Source of the DNA: an uncultured bacterium
GTDB lineage: Bacteria; Zhuqueibacterota; QNDG01; DTFT01
Assembly: GCA_963736115.1 (NCBI GenBank)
Contig: CAVTNR010000015.1
Coordinates: 1 to 57,910, forward strand
Direction: 5' to 3'
Length of the DNA: 57,910 nt
Part shown: positions 16,977 to 27,079 of the stretch, piece by piece
Position numbering within the stretch: position 1 is the first letter of the stretch
Layout: each line of letters starts with the position of its first letter
Made by a program: the position numbers and the translations under genes
Notes under the pieces: generated by a model
Databases searched by the model: none
Seen by the model: only the letters and a program-made list of their open reading frames with translations
What the model was told of the DNA's origin: nothing

Positions 16977-19865
16977 TTGATATCCGTTCTATACGTAAAA
17001 AAGACCCAATCCGATCCCGAGTCTGACATCTTGTTGAAAAGACTGAAGTTGGAAGGATTCGGGGATCTAAAATCCCTATCCATTGAACGCGTTTACAGGC
17101 TGGAAGGCATTGACCAGGAAGATGCGGGCCGGCTCATTCCCCTGTTCTGTCATCCCGGGTACGAAAGCGCTTCCTCGGTTTCAGGCTTCAAGCCTGAGGA
17201 CGGACCCATCGTGGAAATCGGTTACCAGAGGGCCGTGACGGACCCGGAACTGCCTTCCATTCTGCGCGCGGCCGAATCGCTCGGTATTTCCGGCCTGCAA
17301 TGGGCGCGAATTTATCACCGCATGCAATTCACGGGCGTGGACGCAAAAACAGTCCGGGACATCGCGGACCGTCACCTGTACAACCCCCAGGTGCAGGTCC
17401 TCGTCTCCGATAACGAAAAATGGGACTCCCTCAGGCCGCATGGGCATACGGGTCCCATCGAGCGGATATCCCTGCAGGGCCTGAACAGCGCCGCTCTGGC
17501 GGTACTCAGCGACGATAGACGCCTGTTTCTGGATCAGGACCAGATGACGGCCCTGCAGACGATCGAACGCTCCATGGGCCGGCCTTTCACGGACGCGGAA
17601 CTCGAAATGTTCGCACAGACCTGGTCGGATCACTGCTTTCACACCACCTGGAAGAGCCTCGGCCTGCTCAAGGCCCTGTCCGGCGCGACAGCTGAAATCA
17701 ACCATCCGCTGGTGCTCTCCTCCTTCGAGGACAATGCCGGAGTCATGGCCTTCTACGACGGCTGGGCGCTGACCGTAAAGGGCGAAACGCACAATTCGCC
17801 CACGGCCGTCTCTCCCTACGGCGGCATCATGACCAAACACGGCGGCGTGATCCGCGACACCCTCGGCTGCGGGCTCGGCGCTTGGCCCATCGGCGGCAGT
17901 ACGGTGATGGGCCTGGGCGACCCGACCCTGTCGTGGGACGCGGTTCCCAAAGGCGCCCTGCACCCGAAAACCATACTTCTGCAGTCCATACGCGGAACCG
18001 GCGATTACGTGAATCCCATGGGCATTCCCATGATGTTCCCCGTGTACCGATTCCATCCCGGGTACACGGGCAAATGCTTCGCGCTCGGCCATTCCATCGG
18101 TCTGATTCCGGCGAAAGCCGCGGCCAAGGGCCACCCGCGGCCCGGCGACCGCGTCGTACTGCTGGGCGGGCTCACGGGCCGCGACGGCCTGCACGGCGCA
18201 ACGGTCAGTTCGTCGTCCATGACGCACGAGACCGCGGATGTGGACGCGGCCCATGTGCAGATCGGCCATCCCATCGAGGAGCGGAAGTTCATGGAGGCCA
18301 TACCCGCGCTCCGCGACTCCGGGTGCCTCAGCGCCATCACCGATCTCGGCGCGGCCGGGCTCTCCTCTGCCGCGGGCGAGATGGGGTCGGAAACGGGCGT
18401 GTGGATCAATCTCGCGGCCGTGCCGCTCAAGACCGAGGGCCTCATGCCCTGGGAGATCTGGATCTCCGAGAGCCAGGAACGCATGCTCGCGGCCGTGCCC
18501 CCGGAGAAACTGGCCGAGGCGATGAAAATTCTCAGCCGGTACGAGGTCCGCGCTTCGGTGATCGGTTTGTTCACGGATTCCGGCCGGTGCCGAGTGGTTT
18601 ATGAACCCTCATCTGTTACCGATCCGGACAAGGCCTCCGGTCTCGAAGGAGATGTTTCCGGACGAGCCGTGGATCTCACTTTTGAGGATTTACGGAAAGG
18701 ATGCCCGCTTCCCGATCTGCAGCCGAAGAAACCCGGCATTAAAAACAGAGGGACCGGAGTCCCGAGGTCCGGAGGCCGGCCGGGAGCTCCCTATACGGAC
18801 GTCGACTGGAAGAAAGCGATCGAAAAGGTCCTGACGCATCCCAATCTCGCGGACCAGTCCGCGGCCGGCACCCAGTACGACTCCACGGTTCAGGGAATCA
18901 CGGTGACCGGCCCGTACGGAGGACGCGACGGCCGCATGCCGGAGGACGTGTGGATTTCAGCGCCCCTGCGGGGCAAACCGTATGGCGCGGCCGCGGCTCT
19001 CTCCTTCTCTCCCTACTGGGGCGAAGCGGACCCGGCCGGGATGGTCAGGATGGCCATGGCCGAGTCGATCACCAAGCTCGTGGCCGCCGGCGTCAGCCGG
19101 AAAGAAATCGTGCTCTGCGACAATTTCTATACGCCGCGCATCACGCCGGAATCCGCCTGGGCCCTGAAATCCATGGTGGACGCGTGCTGCGATCTCTCGC
19201 GTCAATTCGGCACTCCTTTCATCTCCGGCAAGGACAGCTCGAGCGGCACCTTCGTCGGAGAGGACGGCGAGCGCATCGAGGTGCCGCCTACGCTCTGTGT
19301 GCTGGCGCTCGGCCGCATGCCGGACGTCCGGCGCCGCGTGCCGAAGCCGTTCAGGCAGGCGGGCGACGTCCTGCTTCTGCTGGGGCCGGCCTCCGACGGA
19401 CTGGGCGGGTCCCTGTACGTCAACGTCACCGGAAGACCGGGAAACCGGCTGCCGGATCCGGACCCGGACGCGCTCCTCCGCGGATGGGACCAACTGTCCG
19501 CGCTTCAGGCGAAGGGGGAACTCGTTTCCGCGTCGGCAGTCGCCGAAGGCGGAATCGTCCGCAGGCTGTTCGAAATGTCGCTGGGATCGGGCCTCGGATG
19601 CCGGGTCGACACCGGCGCTTTAGTCGGGCGATTGGGTCTGGAAACGGCGGAACCCGCGTTGTTCGGGGAAATGACGGGCGCCGTGCTGGTCGGGGTCCCC
19701 TCCAGCCGGGCCGCGGCCGTGGAACGGGAAACCGGAGCCGTGGTCGTGGGACGCGTGACCGACAAGCCCTACCTGTCTTTCCGTCTGGGTCCCGCGGAGT
19801 TTAAAATGGACGTGGAAAAACTCGCCGCGTCGTGGTCCAAACCCTTCGCGGAGGTGGCGCTGTGA
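16977..19865 (+). CDS. purL: Phosphoribosylformylglycinamidine synthase, PurL-type subunit with N-terminal extension
   Basis: AQTWSDHCFH, DNAG, KGETHNSP, GGVIRD, TDLGAAGLS, ISESQERM, PFISGKDS; TTG start after GGAGG; promoter TTGACA-17-TAGTAT at 16921-16949. Confidence 0.93.
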   Translation: MISVLYVKKTQSDPESDILLKRLKLEGFGDLKSLSIERVYRLEGIDQEDAGRLIPLFCHPGYESASSVSGFKPEDGPIVEIGYQRAVTDPELPSILRAAESLGISGLQWARIYHRMQFTGVDAKTVRDIADRHLYNPQVQVLVSDNEKWDSLRPHGHTGPIERISLQGLNSAALAVLSDDRRLFLDQDQMTALQTIERSMGRPFTDAELEMFAQTWSDHCFHTTWKSLGLLKALSGATAEINHPLVLSSFEDNAGVMAFYDGWALTVKGETHNSPTAVSPYGGIMTKHGGVIRDTLGCGLGAWPIGGSTVMGLGDPTLSWDAVPKGALHPKTILLQSIRGTGDYVNPMGIPMMFPVYRFHPGYTGKCFALGHSIGLIPAKAAAKGHPRPGDRVVLLGGLTGRDGLHGATVSSSSMTHETADVDAAHVQIGHPIEERKFMEAIPALRDSGCLSAITDLGAAGLSSAAGEMGSETGVWINLAAVPLKTEGLMPWEIWISESQERMLAAVPPEKLAEAMKILSRYEVRASVIGLFTDSGRCRVVYEPSSVTDPDKASGLEGDVSGRAVDLTFEDLRKGCPLPDLQPKKPGIKNRGTGVPRSGGRPGAPYTDVDWKKAIEKVLTHPNLADQSAAGTQYDSTVQGITVTGPYGGRDGRMPEDVWISAPLRGKPYGAAAALSFSPYWGEADPAGMVRMAMAESITKLVAAGVSRKEIVLCDNFYTPRITPESAWALKSMVDACCDLSRQFGTPFISGKDSSSGTFVGEDGERIEVPPTLCVLALGRMPDVRRRVPKPFRQAGDVLLLLGPASDGLGGSLYVNVTGRPGNRLPDPDPDALLRGWDQLSALQAKGELVSASAVAEGGIVRRLFEMSLGSGLGCRVDTGALVGRLGLETAEPALFGEMTGAVLVGVPSSRAAAVERETGAVVVGRVTDKPYLSFRLGPAEFKMDVEKLAASWSKPFAEVAL

Positions 19866-20596
19866 GCAGACCCAGAGTGCATGTGCTGTACGCGCCAGGA
19901 ACCAACTGCCATTTCGAGATGATCGACGCCTTCCGGCTCGCGGGCGCGGAGCCGTCGCTCCGTCTCCTGACAGACGATCTGATTCGAGGTAAGACGAAGC
20001 TTGCAGACTGCGACCTCATCGCGATTCCCGGAGGGTTCTCCTTCGGCGATCACATCGCGGCCGGCCGCATTTTCGCCCTCGACCTGGTCCACAGGCTCAG
20101 GGACGGTCTTCTGGAGGCCGGGCGAAGACAGATACCGATGATCGGAGTCTGCAACGGCTTTCAAGTGCTGGTGAACACCGGCCTTCTGCCGGGCACATCG
20201 GAAATCGGAAGTCCGGACGCTTTGCTGGATCGCAACCGGGTCGCGGTCTTCGTGTCGCGATGGGTGACCCTGCATGTCCAGGCCGGTTCAGCCTGCGTAT
20301 GGACAAAGGGTTTGGAAGGCAAGGGCTTGCGCATGCCGACCGCCCATGGCGAGGGACGGCTCTGCGTTCCAGCGGGATTCGACGACCGGAACACGGTTTT
20401 CCGTTACGGATCTTCCGTGGGGACGGAGGATTACCCTGCCAATCCGAACGGATCTTTATTCGGCCGCGCCGGCATATGCGACCCCACGGGCCGCATTCTC
20501 GGATTGATGCCCCACCCGGAGCGTGCGATTTACCCCTGGCTGGGATGCGAGGATGGGCTGGCGGTATTTAAAACGGGTGTGGAAGCGGTGAAGTGA
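19862..20596 (+). CDS. purQ: Phosphoribosylformylglycinamidine synthase glutaminase subunit
   Basis: PGTNC, PGGFSFGD, GVCNGFQVL, AHGEG, NPNGS, LMPHPER; GTGA overlap with purL. Confidence 0.95.
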   Translation: MSRPRVHVLYAPGTNCHFEMIDAFRLAGAEPSLRLLTDDLIRGKTKLADCDLIAIPGGFSFGDHIAAGRIFALDLVHRLRDGLLEAGRRQIPMIGVCNGFQVLVNTGLLPGTSEIGSPDALLDRNRVAVFVSRWVTLHVQAGSACVWTKGLEGKGLRMPTAHGEGRLCVPAGFDDRNTVFRYGSSVGTEDYPANPNGSLFGRAGICDPTGRILGLMPHPERAIYPWLGCEDGLAVFKTGVEAVK

Positions 20597-20638
20597 GGAG
20601 AGAAGTTCCGGGTTCCGGGTTCCGAATTAAGGGGAGGG

Positions 20639-20841
20639 GTGTCATCCCCGCATTCTTTAAGCGGGGATCCAAGGGTGGGGTGGAAAAGCATAGTGTGCAG
20701 GTGGATGTGTGTCATCCCCGAATTTTTCAATAATGAAAGTGGCCGTACTCCAAAGGGCCGAAAATACCGTTTAATTCCCCCGCGTGTAGGTCCGATATGC
20801 CGCTTCGCGGCACGAGCGCTTCTCAGCGAGGCTATCGGACA
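20639..20841. repeat. Cluster of REP-like palindromes
   Basis: TGTCATCCCCGC..GCGGGGATCCA (20640-20671), truncated copy at 20710, GTAG-GTCCGATA..TATCGGAC (20786-20840). Confidence 0.65.
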
Positions 20842-20893
20842 TCCTGGATAAATTCCTCCGGCCAGAGGCTCCAGCCTCTGCGCCCCACCGGAC

Positions 20894-21931
20894 CTACTTC
20901 CCCAGTATCCTGAACAGAATATCCAAATGCTTCGCCGCGAGATCGGGTGTCATCAGGGGCGTTGCTTTACCGTCCAGACAGTCCAGAAAATGGTTCATCA
21001 GCGCCCGGTCGTCGCCCGGATGGCCGGAATAATCCACGGTCAGTGTTTCCTGCTTCTCTCCCCCGTCCGCCTCAGCCCTGAACCATTCCACCACGGGCGG
21101 ATCCCACGACAGGAACCCGAAACGCAGGGTTCCCAGTGTTCCGTGTATGCGGGTCTCATTGGATGACTCGCACTGCACGCCCGCGCCGCGCTCGTAATAA
21201 TACGAAAGCCCGCCCTCGAATTCCATCCAGGCCGCTCCATGTTCCTCCACATCCTGCCGCATGGCCGGATCCCGGAATGTCTTCAGGCCGCCCCGGGTGA
21301 ACGCTTTCAACTGCCGGAGTTCAGGCCTGTCGTCCAGTAGCCCGAGATGGAAGGACAGATCGTAGACGCCCATGTCGAGAAAAGGCCCTCCTCCCGCCTG
21401 CTTCGCTTCCAGCGCCCAGACGCCGGCCGGGTTCCACTCCACGAAAGTCCGGCGCATGAGCACGCTTTGGTGAATGTGGTAGATGGCGCCGAGCTTGCCG
21501 CTGTCCATGATGCGCTTCACAGCCTCGAATCGCGGCTGAAGCCGCGCATGCCTGCAGCTGCACTCCACCACGATGCGGTCCGGCCGGCTTCGGACCGCGT
21601 CGAGAATGCGGCGGACGCCTTCCCGGTCCGAGGCCATGGGTTTCTCGAGAAGGATGTGCTTGCCTGCCGCGAGCGCGGCTTCGGTCATTTCCGCGTGCAG
21701 GTTGGGCGGCGTGGCGATCACCACGGCCTCCACGTCCGAATCCGCAAGCAGTTCCCGGTAGTCGAGCGTGCCGCGGACGATGCCGTGCTTTTTCAGCTTG
21801 GCGGACAGGGTTTCGGCGGTCCGGGCCGCGATGTGAACCACCTCGCCGCGGCCGTCTTCCCGCGCCGCGCGGATATGCGCGTCTCCGATCATTCCCGCGC
21901 CGATGAGGCCGATTTTATGTTTTGCCGGCAT
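20894..21931 (-). CDS. Gfo/Idh/MocA family oxidoreductase
   Basis: IGLIGAGMIG, VIATPPNLH, GKHILLEKPM, GGGPFLDMGVY, DVEE. Confidence 0.93.
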   Translation of the reverse strand: MPAKHKIGLIGAGMIGDAHIRAAREDGRGEVVHIAARTAETLSAKLKKHGIVRGTLDYRELLADSDVEAVVIATPPNLHAEMTEAALAAGKHILLEKPMASDREGVRRILDAVRSRPDRIVVECSCRHARLQPRFEAVKRIMDSGKLGAIYHIHQSVLMRRTFVEWNPAGVWALEAKQAGGGPFLDMGVYDLSFHLGLLDDRPELRQLKAFTRGGLKTFRDPAMRQDVEEHGAAWMEFEGGLSYYYERGAGVQCESSNETRIHGTLGTLRFGFLSWDPPVVEWFRAEADGGEKQETLTVDYSGHPGDDRALMNHFLDCLDGKATPLMTPDLAAKHLDILFRILGK

Positions 21932-22022
21932 TCGATCAGTCTCCGGTGATTACATTGACAGCGACAATCAGATGTTCATTCGCTTTGCGCCTTGCGCTGT
22001 TCCATAAGCCCCGACCGGTCCA

Positions 22023-23570
22023 TCAGGGCCTCTCTTTATCGTACACCAGCGTAACATCCTGTTTGCCGCGGAAGGAGTCCGACACCTGACGGATGGATAA
22101 AAGCCGGCCGCCCTCGCTCAGGGTCCAGATTTCACGGCTGGTCATCTCGGAGACTCGGCCGCCCCGGTCGAATGTGACCTTGGAATCCAGGAAGAGCGTG
22201 TCCCCTGCAGCCGAGCGACGGGCCGTGGTAACCCGCGGCGCATTATTAAATTCCGACCCGATTTCCGCGCCGTCCAGCCGGAGTCTCTCCGTTTCACCGC
22301 TCTCGTCCCCCCACTCTTCCACATGGACCCTGCGGACAGTCAGCGTGACCGCATTTATATAGCACTCCAACCTCGCGGCGACGGAACCCGTACCCAGGTC
22401 TCCCAGCTTGCTTCTGTATTCATTGAAGAACCATTTTCCGGAAAAATCCGTTTTCTCAGGGTCCGGACCCGCGGCCTGCACGGCAAGGGCCGGAAGCCTG
22501 CACGCGGACCGGTACGGAGCCGCGTGCTTCACATAGGCGCTGTCCCTGAAATTGAGATATCGGGGATCGGAGTACAGGAGGCGGACCTTGTCCTTCGGCG
22601 TGTTCCTGACCATGCCGGCCCAAGTGACGTAATACGCCCATTTCGGCTGGCGGTCGAGCACTTCCGGACCGGGCGGGTTTCCCACTTCTCCGAGCACCAC
22701 GGTTTTGCCTCCTGCGAGCGCCGTGAGGCTGTCGTAATAGGAGGGCTTGAAGTCATTGCCGTACACATCCAGGGCCAGCATGTCCAGATACCGGTCCCCG
22801 GGGTAGTAGTGCGAGAAATTCATTTCCGGCTTATTGGGCCTGTCCACGCTCCAGACCCAGACCAGGTTGTCGAGCTTGTGGACTTTGGTGTACCGCTCGT
22901 ACAACATGCGGTAGAGGGCGGCCGTTCCCTTCGGTCCGTGCCTGCCACCCCACCAGAACCACGAACCGTTCATTTCGTGATAGGGCCGCCACAACACCGG
23001 AACCCGCGCATCGCGTAGCTTGGCCAGATAAACGGCCACGGAATCGACCTGCCGGAGCCATTTCGCGTGAAGCCGGGTGCCGGGTGTCAGCACTTCCTCG
23101 AACTGGCTGTCCGTCAGCTGTCCCTGCACCGTGGCCAGGGATTCGGGTTCCGCCTGTCCGTAAGGCGGCCTGAATGCCACGGGTTCGTCCGCAGTGGGCG
23201 GAACCGCGTGCCAGCAGAAGGTGACGATGCGCCCCATCCGATGCTGGCGAATGGCCTCGTCCACATTGCCGGGCCGCGCCAGATAGGAATCCTTGTCCCC
23301 GTCCCCGGCGAATCCCATATCCGCGCTCCAGATCGCGGGCGTCCTGCCCGTGTAACCGGCCGCGAACTGCGAATTTCGGTCGGCCGTGCTCGGGTAATTG
23401 TGCTGTCCGGTCAGGATATACTTGCCCGAAAGACCGGCCATGAACCGCATCAGGGCCTTTGCTTCGGGCGAGGCCTTGGGGTTCGATGGCCGGACCGCGG
23501 CGGACATCGGCAGAAAGGCGGACAAAGCGGCCGCGGTCAGAAAACGGAAAATGCGTCTTCCGGATCGCAT
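22023..23570 (-). CDS. Glycoside hydrolase family 26 (beta-mannanase-like) with extra C-terminal domain
   Basis: LWRPYHEMNGSWFWWG, NLVWVW, YYPGD.Y.D..ALDVY, LGEVG; signal peptide. Confidence 0.92.
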   Translation of the reverse strand: MRSGRRIFRFLTAAALSAFLPMSAAVRPSNPKASPEAKALMRFMAGLSGKYILTGQHNYPSTADRNSQFAAGYTGRTPAIWSADMGFAGDGDKDSYLARPGNVDEAIRQHRMGRIVTFCWHAVPPTADEPVAFRPPYGQAEPESLATVQGQLTDSQFEEVLTPGTRLHAKWLRQVDSVAVYLAKLRDARVPVLWRPYHEMNGSWFWWGGRHGPKGTAALYRMLYERYTKVHKLDNLVWVWSVDRPNKPEMNFSHYYPGDRYLDMLALDVYGNDFKPSYYDSLTALAGGKTVVLGEVGNPPGPEVLDRQPKWAYYVTWAGMVRNTPKDKVRLLYSDPRYLNFRDSAYVKHAAPYRSACRLPALAVQAAGPDPEKTDFSGKWFFNEYRSKLGDLGTGSVAARLECYINAVTLTVRRVHVEEWGDESGETERLRLDGAEIGSEFNNAPRVTTARRSAAGDTLFLDSKVTFDRGGRVSEMTSREIWTLSEGGRLLSIRQVSDSFRGKQDVTLVYDKERP

Positions 23571-23637
23571 GGGACTTTTCCTTTCGCTGTTTCTATTCGG
23601 CTCGGATCGGACCGACCCGTCCCCGGACGCCGGGCAT

Positions 23638-24009
23638 TTATGCCTGCCGGATGCGGTCGCCGGTATTGTACCCCTTGTCGCCGAAAGGCTGGAGTTTTTC
23701 GATCCAGATCTGCTCGAGAAGAGTCAGTTCGTCTCCGATATCGAAACCCGGTTCATCCTTGATTTTGACCGTTTCCAGAATCTCGAAAACAAAGGCATCG
23801 GCCCCGAACTCGTTCCATTCCTTCTGAAGCGGCTTGTTCCGGTGCGAGCCGATGCCCAGCATGAACCGGTGGCTGTTCAGCGGGCCGTGCAGGTTCAGAC
23901 TGCTTCCGAGATAGACCTTGCCGTTCACGGTGTTCCGGATCTGGAATACCCCGGCTTCCTTCTGTTTCTCCCTGTATTCCCGCTTGATGTCCTGTGTTGA
24001 AGGACCCAT
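23638..24009 (-). CDS. GIY-YIG-like domain protein
   Basis: AGVFQIRNTVNGKVYLGSS..H.N..LQKEWNEFG..F.FEILE..GYN; AGGAG RBS; promoter TTGACA-17-TAAATT. Confidence 0.8.
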   Translation of the reverse strand: MGPSTQDIKREYREKQKEAGVFQIRNTVNGKVYLGSSLNLHGPLNSHRFMLGIGSHRNKPLQKEWNEFGADAFVFEILETVKIKDEPGFDIGDELTLLEQIWIEKLQPFGDKGYNTGDRIRQA

Positions 24010-24181
24010 TTTACGCTCCTGTTCATGGGTTACCGCTGAACCGCCTGTAAATCAATTTAATTTAAAGATTACATCGGCCATTGTCAACGCCGGAATGGCC
24101 GTATGCGGTGTTTCGGAATGACAATCCGATCGGGGATCAGCCCGGGCTTGACATTGTTTCGCTTTTTCGTTAAACTGATTC

Positions 24182-24877
24182 ATGCCGATTCCCTCATCCG
24201 AAACCGGTCCGGACCGGACACGCGCATCCCTCATCCGGATGCTCCTCATTGTCGTGCTCTCCAACGCCGTTCCGGTGGTCGGTGTTGTGTTCCTGGGGTG
24301 GTCCGCTTTTCATCTGGTCATCCTTCTCGTCGCCGAGGCGGTCATCGTCCTGTGCCTGGACTTCATCAAGCGGGGCCTGAAAGAATCGGCAAAGCGGGTC
24401 GAGAAAAACCTCCGCATTCAGGCAGGAAATGTCCTTCTCTTCGAGACGGTGTTCATCCTGTTCTTCGGGATGTTTGCCCTGATCGTGTACGGCCGGGGAA
24501 GCGCGGATCACTTGTCTTTCACCGCCACCTTCGGTCCGGTATGGCGTGCCCTGATTGGCCCCCTCCACTGGCCCCTGGCTCTGATCGCCGCAACGCGGAT
24601 TCTCCGTATGTTCGGAGATCTCCGCTCATCCGGGGTTTTCGGAGGGGAAGCCCGCCGGCCGCTGGCTTTTGACGGCGGGGGCTGGATGCTCCTGCTCTTT
24701 TTCTCCGTCATGCTCGCGCCTTTTCTCGCGGATGCGGGGCCGAATCCCCGGAACGGCCTCTTCGCCCTGGTGGCGCTCAAGACAATCGGCGAATGCCTTG
24801 GCGCCTGGGCGGCCTGGGCCGCCGCGTCCCCCCGTCCGGATCGGGCAGGTGTACGGAACCGCACGCCGGACCTATAG
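24182..24877 (+). CDS. Integral membrane protein (DUF6498-like)
   Basis: LSNAVPVVGVVFLGWS..E, multiple TM helices, C-terminal LVALKT. Confidence 0.65.
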   Translation: MPIPSSETGPDRTRASLIRMLLIVVLSNAVPVVGVVFLGWSAFHLVILLVAEAVIVLCLDFIKRGLKESAKRVEKNLRIQAGNVLLFETVFILFFGMFALIVYGRGSADHLSFTATFGPVWRALIGPLHWPLALIAATRILRMFGDLRSSGVFGGEARRPLAFDGGGWMLLLFFSVMLAPFLADAGPNPRNGLFALVALKTIGECLGAWAAWAAASPRPDRAGVRNRTPDL

Positions 24878-24890
24878 AAAGCCCGTTCCC

Positions 24891-25892
24891 ATGTTTCAAG
24901 GATTGCTGTCTCCCTGGCGTCCAGCCGCGTTCCACGGTGCGAAACACGGCGCAGGCTGGTTTGAAGGGTGGTTTTTCAAGCTTGCCTGCAGGGACCGTTC
25001 TACCGTTCTCGCCTTGATTCCCGGCGTTTTCTACGGCCGGAACCATGAAGAATCGCACGCCTTCGTTCAGGTACTCAATGGACGCTCCCATCGCACGGCC
25101 TATCACCGTTTTCCGCTGAAAGCCTTCCGCGCATCGTGCATAGGGCTCGATGTATCCATCGGGCCGAACCGGTTCACGGACCGGGGATTGGAAGTGGATC
25201 TGCCATCCGCGTCCGGACCGGCCGAAACGAGTCCCTTGTCCGGACGGGTTGAATTCGGTTCTTTCACGCCTTGGCCGGTGAGGCTCTTTTCACCCGGCGT
25301 CATGGGTCCGTTCGCGTTCGTTCCGTTCATGGAATGCAATCACGGCGTGCTGAGCATGGATCACGGCCTCACGGGCCGGCTTGAAACGGATCACGCGACC
25401 CTGGATTTCAACGGCGGCAGGGGGTACGCGGAAAAAGACTGGGGCCGGGCGTTTCCGAGCGCTTACATATGGATTCAATCGAACCATTTCCGCGAAACCG
25501 GGACCGCGCTTTTTCTGTCCGTGGCCCGCATTCCCTGGCTCGGCGGTTCGTTTACGGGTTTCCTCGCCGGCTTTTTGTGGAATGGCAGGATGATCCGCTT
25601 CTCCACCTATTCCCGGGCCGCGCTCCGGACCTGCCGGGTAACTGAACGGGCCGTGGAACTGACTCTCACGGATACCCGCTTTCGCCTCGATGTTTCAGCG
25701 GTACGCATGCCGGGGGGCCTGCTGTCCGCTCCGGACGGATTGTCCATGAGGACCCGCGTGGCCGAAACCCTGGGATCGTCCGTCTCGGTGAGGCTCTCGC
25801 GGTCAAAAGACGGCGCGCTTCTGTTCGAGCAGAACGGCGATCCCGCCGCGATGGACATACACGGAAAAATCGAACAAATCACGACCGGGTGA
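24891..25892 (+). CDS. Tocopherol cyclase family protein
   Basis: WFEGWFFK, MGPFAFVPFMECNHGVLSMDH, GYAEKDWGRAFP..WIQSNHF. Confidence 0.85.
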   Translation: MFQGLLSPWRPAAFHGAKHGAGWFEGWFFKLACRDRSTVLALIPGVFYGRNHEESHAFVQVLNGRSHRTAYHRFPLKAFRASCIGLDVSIGPNRFTDRGLEVDLPSASGPAETSPLSGRVEFGSFTPWPVRLFSPGVMGPFAFVPFMECNHGVLSMDHGLTGRLETDHATLDFNGGRGYAEKDWGRAFPSAYIWIQSNHFRETGTALFLSVARIPWLGGSFTGFLAGFLWNGRMIRFSTYSRAALRTCRVTERAVELTLTDTRFRLDVSAVRMPGGLLSAPDGLSMRTRVAETLGSSVSVRLSRSKDGALLFEQNGDPAAMDIHGKIEQITTG

Positions 25893-25945
25893 TCGGGCGG
25901 CCGCCGCCCCCTTGCTCTCTCCTCCGCCTCCGAAATCTCAATGAT

Positions 25946-25980
25946 AAAAAAACTCCCGGGAAAAAAGAGCCCGGGAGTTT
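25946..25980 (-). terminator. Intrinsic terminator after the PDZ gene
   Basis: AAACTCCCGGG...CCCGGGAGTTT with a T-run on the minus strand. Confidence 0.65.
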
Positions 25981-26042
25981 GGGTGAAGGAGGGTGAGGGA
26001 AAATATTTATATGAACGGATCCGTGCGGCACAACAGAGGCCG

Positions 26043-26987
26043 TCAGATCCAGGTCGTATCCTCCAGCTCCTCGAGTTCCCGCTTGAGTCTTTCCATGCCG
26101 CCTTCGAGCTTCTCCTGCATACGGTTCAGCTGTTCTTTCAGTTTTTCCTGCGATTCCTCGTCCATTTCGATCTGAATGTCGAATCCGGGGCCCGGACCGG
26201 TTCCGGACCGCCTGTCGCGGAACCCGGGTCCGTCCCAGGTCTCCTCGATTTCGACTTCGAGGGTCTGCTTCACGCCCTTGCGGATGACGGTCAGTTTCGC
26301 CTCGTCTCCGTCCTCAAGATCCGACAGGGCATCCGTGACGTCCGAGGGTTCCTCGATTTCCTCGTCTTCCACCCGGACGATCACATCCCCGGCCTTGATG
26401 CCCGCGCGGCCCGCGGGCCCCTCCTCGTCGACTGCGAGGACCAGTGCGCCGTTTTCAGCCTTGAAATATTCGGTCAGGTCTTCGTTCAGCTCAGTCAGTC
26501 GAACGCCCAGGCGCTTCGATCCCGGAAAAGTCATGCGGAACACCCGGCGGTTCCGTGGTTCAACCTCCCCGTAGGACCGGCGGAGCCGGCCGGTTTCAGC
26601 CATGATTTCCTGACGCTTGCCGTCCCTCAGGATGCCGATTTTAATCTCTTTTTTGGGGCCGATTTCCCTGATTTTCCGCACCAGGTCCTCGGGCTTTCGG
26701 ATCTTTTCACCGTTGACGGATTGGATGATATCGTCCTCAGCCAGTCCGGCCTTGTCGGCCGGGCTGTCGTCCACCACGTCCGTGATTTTCAAGCCGGTAT
26801 CGGCTTTCAGTTCGGCCTTGTCCTCAGGCGTCAGCTTCTCGGCCAGCACGCCCAGATAACCGGACCGGCTCGCGTTACGGTCGTCCCGGTCCTCGTCAGG
26901 TCCCGGAACCGCGGCCATTGCGGAAACGGATGCGGCCGCAAACAGGGCCAGCATCAAGTGGATGTTCCAATCGCGCCTATTTCTCAT
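26043..26987 (-). CDS. Exported protein with two PDZ domains
   Basis: Signal peptide; GYLGV..SPADKAGL..DII and RLGV..GPAGRAGIKAGDVI; coiled-coil tail. Confidence 0.88.
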   Translation of the reverse strand: MRNRRDWNIHLMLALFAAASVSAMAAVPGPDEDRDDRNASRSGYLGVLAEKLTPEDKAELKADTGLKITDVVDDSPADKAGLAEDDIIQSVNGEKIRKPEDLVRKIREIGPKKEIKIGILRDGKRQEIMAETGRLRRSYGEVEPRNRRVFRMTFPGSKRLGVRLTELNEDLTEYFKAENGALVLAVDEEGPAGRAGIKAGDVIVRVEDEEIEEPSDVTDALSDLEDGDEAKLTVIRKGVKQTLEVEIEETWDGPGFRDRRSGTGPGPGFDIQIEMDEESQEKLKEQLNRMQEKLEGGMERLKRELEELEDTTWI

Positions 26988-27079
26988 GAGTGCCTCCGAA
27001 GCATAGTCTCACTATTCATTACGCTCGGAGACGGAAAAAGTTGCGGAAAAAGAGAGGATGCGGGGAAACGAAGGAAGGA

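Noticed and set aside
23638-24009. Second GIY-YIG gene as part of the tRNA-hairpin system
   Set aside because: Different subfamily, own promoter and RBS, no flanking tRNA copies, and it lies on the other side of the suspected junction.
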